25,358 nucleotides of DNA from Fidelibacterota bacterium. Its GTDB lineage: Bacteria; Fidelibacterota; Marinisomatia; Marinisomatales; UBA2128. The position numbers were made by a program, and so were the translations under genes. The notes below the pieces were generated by a model. That model was not told where the DNA came from. It did no database searches and saw only the letters and a program-made list of their open reading frames with translations. The DNA is taken from positions 1-25,358 of the forward strand of contig JBHHUM010000030.1 of the NCBI GenBank assembly GCA_046861645.1, in the 5' to 3' direction. This document shows positions 18,999 through 25,358 of the stretch, in pieces (position 1 is the first letter of the stretch; each line of letters starts with the position of its first letter).

Positions 18999-21074
18999 TC
19001 AGTCATGTAAATGTAATTCCACGCGTTGAAAGCCAGATGTTCGATGGAAGATGTAAGGATCATTTTCAAATACAGATTGGGCACCGAGATTTTTTAACTT
19101 TATCTTTTCTGGTTGACTTAATGCCCGAGAAGCATTTCCAATCCCCGAAGCCGTTGCCCTACCAAGCTCCCAACGAGATATCACTGTCCATTGCTCGGGA
19201 GATCCAGTCATTTCACTCCACCGTACAGACAAATCATCTCTGACGATACCTAATCCTCTGGCAAGCCAGGTCTCATTCCTTTCACCATATTCTACTCCAC
19301 TCCCGATAATGATCATGGTCAGGGTACGTGTAATTTTGAAACAGTGAGTTAAAGTAGTATCAGCGCCGGGACAATCATCTATGGATGCCGCCGGCCAGCC
19401 ATTATCCTGGTAACAAATCACCACACCATCTTCCTCGTAACCACGTACCTTTTTAGCGGGAACAATCAGGGTATCTGATTCAACTTCAAAACGTTTCTCT
19501 ATTTTATATATGGCAACTTCTGTGGTATCAAAATATTCTTCTTCAACTAGTTCACCATCGCGGAGTTGACCATTAGGAGTATAATACAGTATCTCTTCAT
19601 TAAACACATCCCGGTGCCAGAAACCACTTTCTAATTCTGAATCACTCCAATAATAACCATAAGGCTCAAAAAAACTGGGTTGGGTCACCTGATAGACATG
19701 ATCATCTATGCGGAACATATGATAGTCGTACTCTTTACCATCATCCCATTCTGACTTACTAATAAAATATTCTCCATCGGCGCTACCCTCCAGTAGATGA
19801 GCAATAATTTCGTTAGTGAAGAGGACTACCTGGGAATCGATATCAGCAACTTCTACAATTTTATCATCTACAAAAAAGACTTCCTTAATTAAATCGAAAT
19901 AGGTATCACCCCATCTGGTCACCAGGGAATCGCCAACTTCGATAGATTCCAAAATCAACGGATTTTCCACATCTGCCCAGGAAACAAGGAGAGTACTGGG
20001 GGAGTTATTCATAACAAATAATCCTTCTCCCTCATCCCACTCACCATTTCCATTTTGATCTCGATAGATTTCAGCTTCGTCCAACTGCCCGTTCCCAATA
20101 TCATTGAACGGTTCCCCTTCATCATACTTACCGTTATTGTTGGAATCAGTAAATTCTTCAGCATCATCCCATGAATCGTTACAATTACGATCTTGAAACG
20201 GTTCATTCAAATCGTACTCACCATTTTCATCCAAATCCAGGAATGCTTCCCTGGGATCCCAAATACCATTACCAAGATCTTCATTCACCTCAGCTGGGTC
20301 CCAGCTGCCATTGTCGTTACAATCGGTGTTAACACGAAACATGAGGGAATCATCACCTAATTGAGTTCTATTAAATGTAAACGTGTATGCAAAAGTCAGG
20401 GGGATGTCCGCCGAGTAATAATAGGTCGTATCTGTCCATTCCGCAGAGTCAACAAACATAACACCACTATTTATCAGGGGAGTATCTATGACTGCGGCGT
20501 AGGAGATTATATCTATGGTATCCTGGTATAAAACAGTCTGGGTTTCCTGAATCTCTTCAGAGTTTACCGGTCGGTACCTCTGCAAATCTACTTGTGGTTC
20601 GGTATCCCAATCCATCCGTTCCAGGTTACGGAATCTTTCCGAAAAGATAGTAACCGAATCTTCTAATACCTGTCCAAATATGGTTAGGGTATCAATGACT
20701 CTTCGTTGGGTTGCGGTGTAATCATTGGGCGTCACTTCCACAAGAAAATCCGGGAAAGTCTGTAGCGTAAGAAGAGGGGGAACTTCACCATAAAGAGAAA
20801 TATACTCCTGGTAAGAAAGATTTATACGATTATTGGAACGGGTGAATCTGTAGAACTCAGCCGACAGATCTTGCCCAAAATTATAAAAATATTCATCAAT
20901 ATCCCCGGTGAAACCATTACCCACCTGATCTTCACCTAACGTGTTTTGTGGTAAAATTTCTGGGGAAGATTTCTCGAATGATTCTTCACAGGCTGTGAAA
21001 ATGAGGAAGAAAAGAGTTAATTTCAGGATCAAAAAGAGTTCAAGCTTTTTGTTTAATACTCCTATTGTTGACAT
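18999..21074 (-). CDS. Acidic lipoprotein with Ca-binding-like tandem repeats and C-terminal DUF3108-like motif
   Basis: Hydrophobic stretch ending in lipobox IFTA-C. Seven 14-15 aa acidic repeats. C-terminal IVPA...CFKITRT...ETWLARGLGIVR. The start is ambiguous (ATG 21074 or 21110). The gene ends in in-frame TGA-TAG-TGA. Confidence 0.75.
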   Translation of the reverse strand: MSTIGVLNKKLELFLILKLTLFFLIFTACEESFEKSSPEILPQNTLGEDQVGNGFTGDIDEYFYNFGQDLSAEFYRFTRSNNRINLSYQEYISLYGEVPPLLTLQTFPDFLVEVTPNDYTATQRRVIDTLTIFGQVLEDSVTIFSERFRNLERMDWDTEPQVDLQRYRPVNSEEIQETQTVLYQDTIDIISYAAVIDTPLINSGVMFVDSAEWTDTTYYYSADIPLTFAYTFTFNRTQLGDDSLMFRVNTDCNDNGSWDPAEVNEDLGNGIWDPREAFLDLDENGEYDLNEPFQDRNCNDSWDDAEEFTDSNNNGKYDEGEPFNDIGNGQLDEAEIYRDQNGNGEWDEGEGLFVMNNSPSTLLVSWADVENPLILESIEVGDSLVTRWGDTYFDLIKEVFFVDDKIVEVADIDSQVVLFTNEIIAHLLEGSADGEYFISKSEWDDGKEYDYHMFRIDDHVYQVTQPSFFEPYGYYWSDSELESGFWHRDVFNEEILYYTPNGQLRDGELVEEEYFDTTEVAIYKIEKRFEVESDTLIVPAKKVRGYEEDGVVICYQDNGWPAASIDDCPGADTTLTHCFKITRTLTMIIIGSGVEYGERNETWLARGLGIVRDDLSVRWSEMTGSPEQWTVISRWELGRATASGIGNASRALSQPEKIKLKNLGAQSVFENDPYIFHRTSGFQRVELHLHD
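20025..20324 (-). repeat. Seven tandem 14-15 aa repeats D-x-(N/D)-x-N-G-x-(W/Y)-D-x-x-E-x-F
   Basis: DCNDNGSWDPAEVNE / DLGNGIWDPREAFL / DLDENGEYDLNEPFQ / DRNCNDSWDDAEEFT / DSNNNGKYDEGEPFN / DIGNGQLDEAEIYR / DQNGNGEWDEGE. Confidence 0.9.
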
Positions 21075-21127
21075 TATTTTCACGAGTCTGATCTGTGAAA
21101 GCCCATCCATTCCTATCTAATTTTTTT

Positions 21128-21162
21128 GAAAGCACAAAGTGGCGGACGCCTATCCGCCACTT
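21128..21162 (-). terminator. Probable intrinsic terminator after the Asp-box CTD gene
   Basis: 10-bp inverted repeat AAGTGGCGGA (21137-21146) / TCCGCCACTT (21153-21162) with a 6-nt loop and an interrupted U-tract (TTTGTGCTTT) on the minus strand. Confidence 0.7.
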
Positions 21163-21203
21163 CCCTCAAACATTCCATTCAGTTTTCTCTTGGCTATAGT
21201 TTA

Positions 21204-23201
21204 CTACTTCAGTAGTACCATCTTACGCGTCTCACTTCTACCATCAATTGACAATCGATAGAAATAGACGCCGGCACTCTGTTCAGCACCATTCCAGATA
21301 ACATCATATTTCCCGGCGTTCAACTCATCATTGATCAACGTCTGCACTTCCCGGCCAAGCAGGTCATAAACTATCAACCGTACTGGGGCTCTTCCCTCCA
21401 AGCTATAATTGATCACGGTTTGAGGATTGAACGGATTAGGGAAATTCTGGCTCAGATGAAACTGAACCGGAACCCCATTATCACCAGAAATGCTGGTCGT
21501 TCCCCAATTGACCTTAGCGAACCAGAGCCGCTGTTTGTAGTCTTCAGGACCTCCAGGGGGGGATACTGTCTCGGTTTCGTAATCGGGTGCCATGTAAACC
21601 ACATAACACTCTTCGTTAGTAGCCCGGGGTGAGAGATGGGGATGGATTTCATCGGCGTCCAGCGTCATGGTATTTGTGATGTTCATGGGATCAGACCATG
21701 TTACTCCACCATCTTCAGAACGCACTACATACACATCAAAATTCATACGCTGTGAAGAAGTATCAGAGTAAGCTTCCCAAGTACCGTAGATGATATTCTC
21801 ATCCTCGATACTGAATGCTGAAGAAGGAAAAATCCGCTGGTAATTGGGGGAATCGTACTCAAACAGATAGGTAAGATCCATGGATCCCATGAAACTGGCT
21901 TGCCATCCCATGGGATTACTCACCGGATCATCATTCCAAAGGTGATACATCCCACACCCCTCGATAAAGTAGATGAAACCTCCTCCCGAAGGGATCACCG
22001 GAGTGAAAATATGCAGTGTCCCCTCTGAATCAACCTTCAGGTCAAAGTCATAAGGAATATATGCTTCTGTAATTTCGGTGGAATCGGTATCAGAGGCGAC
22101 GTAGAATTCAGGAAAGAGATCATTGTCATCGAAATAGCTGCTCAGCCATTCAGAGGGAATGTAATAGAATGGGGTACCATTATGCCCGGTTTCGCTCCAG
22201 GTTAAACCGTTATCTTCGGTCTTGCGGAGCATGAACGTGTGTGCCGTATCAGCAGGAGAACCCCCTCCGGTGATAACTCCATCGAAATAACTGATCACAG
22301 CGGAATAGCCCACCCCACTCTCATTGATATCGATAATCGCCGAACTGGTATAAGTACCGCTGGCAGTCTCTTTTTCAAACTCTTCACCGGAATAGAGTTC
22401 CACAGCATCATCGAAGGCAAAGTACCCAGCCTGATGGAAATTAGAACGGTAGATATAGCGTACAGAGGCCAGTTCATTGGCCGCACTACCGCTCCAGCCA
22501 GAGTAAGTGACATTCAACACCGGTGTACCCGTCGCATCATGAGTTACCACTGGGCAACCTACCCAGTTGTCTTCCGGGTCACAGGGAGTTGGATTGCAAC
22601 CATTGTTAATATCCAGGGGAGGTGTAAAAAATGAACCTCCCCCGTAGAAAAATTGATCCCAGGTATAAAGGGGGCGACCCCCATACTGTCCTCCACCGGC
22701 TCCACTGGTATATTCATTCCATACCAGGTAGGGATAATCCGTCCCCCCCACTACACTGGGGTAACGAGCCATAGTCTCACCGGGACTGCTGAGGTTCAAG
22801 CCCGAATAGATATCATCCCACGACTCACCATTCGCAGAAAAAGCAGCACCCAATTGCCCTGATAAAGATTCATCGGCGATATACCACTGACGATAACACC
22901 AGGTAAATCCATAATCCGGCTCCCAATGGAGGGGGTTGGTGACTCCCAGCAGCATACCATATCCATTTCTGGAGGAATCCACCATGACTGACATAACATC
23001 CACATCCCGGGAACTGGGAGAGTGAATGATGGAGGGACGGGGTAGTTGATTGACACCATACTCAATGGCATCTCCTTCCCTAGGGAAAACGTAGTGGCTT
23101 CTCAGAACCTTGTGGCTTATTTTCGTAGCTGCAGGTGCATCAGCAAAAGTAATAGCAACCAAAAGGGTAAATGTCAATAATCCTATAACTTTCGTTTTCA
23201 T
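21204..23201 (-). CDS. T9SS type-A CTD protein with BNR/Asp-box repeats (probable beta-propeller)
   Basis: SD AAGGAG and signal peptide. Asp-box-like FSANGESW, KTEDNGLTW and RSEDGGVTW. CTD LSQNFPNPFNP...AGVYFYRL...RKMVLLK. Confidence 0.83.
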   Translation of the reverse strand: MKTKVIGLLTFTLLVAITFADAPAATKISHKVLRSHYVFPREGDAIEYGVNQLPRPSIIHSPSSRDVDVMSVMVDSSRNGYGMLLGVTNPLHWEPDYGFTWCYRQWYIADESLSGQLGAAFSANGESWDDIYSGLNLSSPGETMARYPSVVGGTDYPYLVWNEYTSGAGGGQYGGRPLYTWDQFFYGGGSFFTPPLDINNGCNPTPCDPEDNWVGCPVVTHDATGTPVLNVTYSGWSGSAANELASVRYIYRSNFHQAGYFAFDDAVELYSGEEFEKETASGTYTSSAIIDINESGVGYSAVISYFDGVITGGGSPADTAHTFMLRKTEDNGLTWSETGHNGTPFYYIPSEWLSSYFDDNDLFPEFYVASDTDSTEITEAYIPYDFDLKVDSEGTLHIFTPVIPSGGGFIYFIEGCGMYHLWNDDPVSNPMGWQASFMGSMDLTYLFEYDSPNYQRIFPSSAFSIEDENIIYGTWEAYSDTSSQRMNFDVYVVRSEDGGVTWSDPMNITNTMTLDADEIHPHLSPRATNEECYVVYMAPDYETETVSPPGGPEDYKQRLWFAKVNWGTTSISGDNGVPVQFHLSQNFPNPFNPQTVINYSLEGRAPVRLIVYDLLGREVQTLINDELNAGKYDVIWNGAEQSAGVYFYRLSIDGRSETRKMVLLK

Positions 23202-23264
23202 TTCCGAACTCCTTATGACTTTTTCAGGAAACCTCCAAATGAAGCAGTTAGTATCGTTTGATTC

Positions 23265-23293
23265 AGTATAGGTGATCTCATAACAATTAGCAA
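23265..23293 (-). promoter_or_regulatory. Sigma70-type promoter at the head of the exported-protein cluster
   Basis: Minus strand TTGCTA (23288-23293), 17-nt spacer, TATACT (23265-23270), 63 nt upstream of ATG 23201. Confidence 0.75.
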
Positions 23294-23336
23294 GGGCAGA
23301 TTTGCAGAAATAGGAAGTAATTTCATTTTGAATTCT

Positions 23337-23927
23337 TTATCGCTTCTCCAGGATATTGTCGATCAGACCATAAGTTTTCGCCTCCTGGACATTCATGTAG
23401 AAATCACGATCAGCATCTTTTTCAATTTTCTTGAGAGATTGTCCGGTCTGATCAGACATAATTTTGTTCAGTCGTTTCTTCAAAGCGACAATTTGCTCAG
23501 CCTGAATGGCAATATCACTGGCATCACCCTGAGTACCGCCCCAAGGTTGGTGAATCATCATGCGGGCATTGGGCAGAGCGCCGCGCTTTCCTTTGGTCCC
23601 GGCAGCTAATAGTACCGCAGCCATGCTGGCTGCCTGGCCCATGCAAATAGTCGATATATCTGGTTTGATATAATTCATAGTATCATAGATTCCCAACCCC
23701 GCCGTTACGGATCCACCGGGTGAATTGATATAAAGAGAAATATCCTTATCGGCACTCTCTGCTTCGAGGAATAGAAGTTGGGCAATCACCAGGCTGGCCA
23801 CCGTATCGTCAATGGGATTTCCCAGGAAAACAATCCTCTCCTTTAAAAGCCTGGAATAAATGTCATAAGCTCGCTCCATCCGACCTGACTGTTCTACCAC
23901 GATGGGGATAATTTGTGAATTCGTCAT
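23337..23927 (-). CDS. clpP: ATP-dependent Clp protease proteolytic subunit
   Basis: Motifs [36 protein letters not shown] (catalytic Ser), MIHQP (His) and DRD (Asp). Follows tig. Confidence 0.98.
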   Translation of the reverse strand: MTNSQIIPIVVEQSGRMERAYDIYSRLLKERIVFLGNPIDDTVASLVIAQLLFLEAESADKDISLYINSPGGSVTAGLGIYDTMNYIKPDISTICMGQAASMAAVLLAAGTKGKRGALPNARMMIHQPWGGTQGDASDIAIQAEQIVALKKRLNKIMSDQTGQSLKKIEKDADRDFYMNVQEAKTYGLIDNILEKR

Positions 23928-23955
23928 GATTTCAATTCCTCATTTATGCCGGTAT

Positions 23956-25227
23956 CTAACTGTCCTGACTGCGGAGTTCACTGGTTTTTATTTCTACGTC
24001 ATTAATCTTGGCAAAAGATTTAAGGTGTGCAAAGAGTTTTTTTTCCACCAATCTATTTCGAAGATTTTCACGATTACTCGGCTTTTTATAATAACGCTCT
24101 ACCTCTCTAGTCTGTCTACCCATGGAATGAATGATAGTGGTCACTTCACTTTGCAGCTCCTCGTCATTCACTGCTATGTGCTCTGCTTCGATGAGCGCCT
24201 TCTGGATTAAATACCATTTGATATTTCGTTCAGATGAAGATCTCATTTCGTTACGGAACTTTTCCTCATCCAGTGATTGACCATCCCGGCTCCTGATATT
24301 ATCGATCAAGTTATCAAGATAACTCTCAATCATGGAGGGGGGAACTTCCAACTTAGTCTGTTCCACAAACCAGGATATAATATTCTCTTTTAACTGCTCT
24401 TCAGAATCTCTCTCAAGCTTTTCCTTAATATTTTTTGCGATGTTAGTCCTCAGTACTTCCTCTGTTTCAGCTTCAGGATCTACACTTTTAATGAAATTTT
24501 CATCCACATCCGGGAGAATCTCTTCCTGTACATTTTTGATGGTAAGTTCATAAAGCGTTGGACCTCGATTGGTCGAAACAGTAATACGTACCGAATCATC
24601 AACTTTAAGTCCCAAAAGCCTGTCCAAATTGTCTCCACCAAAGACACCGTCGCCTATTTTAATATAGCGATCTTCCACTTTCTTGTTAATAATGGGATAG
24701 CCAGTTTCATCCAGCTCCTGCATATCCACCAGCAGGAGATGTCCCTCTTCTGAGCCGGATTCAACAGTTCTTAACTCCGCTTGATGCTGGCGTAGATCCT
24801 GTAAATACCTCTCCACATCTTCATCATCAGAGAGATATATATTCCGGTCAACTTTCAATTTCCTGGCATATTTAGGAAGAACGACTTCGGGTTCAACTTC
24901 GAAGGTGGCAGTAAAACTAAAATCACTTCCCTGGGCAAATTTTAAATCTTTCACTTCGGCCCGATTTACCGGGTGAAGATCCTGCTCGTCCAGAGCTAAA
25001 GTATATAATCTTTCTACAGATTCCTGAGCAAAATCAGCCTCTATTTCAGCACCGAATTGATTCATCACCTGGCTCCGGGGAACTTTCCCCTTACGGAAAC
25101 CCGGAAGCTTGACGTTCCTTCTATAGCGCGCTACTACCGCCTCGAAGTACTCTTCCACTTCAGACCACTGCACCGAGATAGATAGTTCCCGTGTATAGGT
25201 ATTTGTCTCTTTGCTTGTGACTTTCAT
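23956..25227 (-). CDS. tig: Trigger factor
   Basis: Ribosome-binding signature LPGFRKGKVP, FTATFEVEPEV, FKBP-like middle region and C-terminal EVPPSMIE. 423 aa, upstream of clpP. Confidence 0.96.
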   Translation of the reverse strand: MKVTSKETNTYTRELSISVQWSEVEEYFEAVVARYRRNVKLPGFRKGKVPRSQVMNQFGAEIEADFAQESVERLYTLALDEQDLHPVNRAEVKDLKFAQGSDFSFTATFEVEPEVVLPKYARKLKVDRNIYLSDDEDVERYLQDLRQHQAELRTVESGSEEGHLLLVDMQELDETGYPIINKKVEDRYIKIGDGVFGGDNLDRLLGLKVDDSVRITVSTNRGPTLYELTIKNVQEEILPDVDENFIKSVDPEAETEEVLRTNIAKNIKEKLERDSEEQLKENIISWFVEQTKLEVPPSMIESYLDNLIDNIRSRDGQSLDEEKFRNEMRSSSERNIKWYLIQKALIEAEHIAVNDEELQSEVTTIIHSMGRQTREVERYYKKPSNRENLRNRLVEKKLFAHLKSFAKINDVEIKTSELRSQDS

Positions 25228-25255
25228 CCAGTAAAAATGTTATTAAAATCCGAGA

Positions 25256-25284
25256 AATATACAGCTTCACCAGTTTGTCATCAA
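25256..25284 (-). promoter_or_regulatory. Sigma70-type promoter of tig-clpP
   Basis: Minus strand TTGATG (25279-25284), 17-nt spacer, TATATT (25256-25261), 28 nt upstream of the tig ATG. Confidence 0.6.
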
Positions 25285-25358
25285 TGACAATATCCTCTTT
25301 TGTAGCAGAAACATGGGTTGATTACACTTGGAAGCAGACATCCTGACCGCCGTGGCGG

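Noticed and set aside
18993..19001. TGA readthrough or selenocysteine fusing the lipoprotein to the TBDR
   Set aside because: Three consecutive in-frame stops (TGA TAG TGA), and the TBDR is in a different frame with its own SD and signal peptide.
20025..20324. Periodic 42-45 nt pattern considered as a CRISPR array or DNA tandem repeat
   Set aside because: It is conserved at the amino-acid level only and in frame within a CDS, with no identical DNA repeats and no cas genes.
21204..23201. Calling the Asp-box protein a sialidase or PorZ
   Set aside because: Asp-boxes are structural motifs. I could not identify a convincing sialidase catalytic set or PorZ-specific similarity.
925..24553. Numerous 60-131 aa ORFs on the plus strand and in alternative minus frames
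   Set aside because: All overlap long, motif-supported minus-strand genes and show no recognisable motifs, so they are treated as shadow ORFs.
25228..25358. tRNA upstream of tig (a common arrangement)
   Set aside because: No cloverleaf or T-loop GTTCRA motif is visible within the window.

Overview
The window is a single co-oriented minus-strand block from an FCB-superphylum bacterium outside Bacteroidia. The 16S signature, sigma70-type promoters and clear Shine-Dalgarno sites fit Ca. Marinimicrobia/SAR406 or a neighbouring lineage (inference). In transcription order (right to left): tig, clpP (no clpX), a ~21.5 kb cluster of nine exported proteins, a TPR/TM2-like gene, and the promoter, leader and 5' third of a 16S rRNA gene. 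Four exported proteins carry canonical type-A T9SS C-terminal domains (CTDs): an Asp-box protein, a nested beta-sandwich/FN3 adhesin-like protein, an S8 protease with an FG-GAP-like propeller, and a cohesin-like protein. The other five form a tightly packed core: an acidic-repeat lipoprotein, a TonB-dependent receptor (TBDR), variant-CTD protein A, a PorV/PorQ-family barrel and variant-CTD protein B. This core is the most interesting element. It is a SusD-less TBDR module in which two paralogous proteins with a distinct CTD (VVPNPY...GKFAxVR) flank their own PorV-like barrel, and the TBDR and lipoprotein share a 14-15 aa Ca-binding-like repeat. I saw no CRISPR array, tRNA or mobile element.
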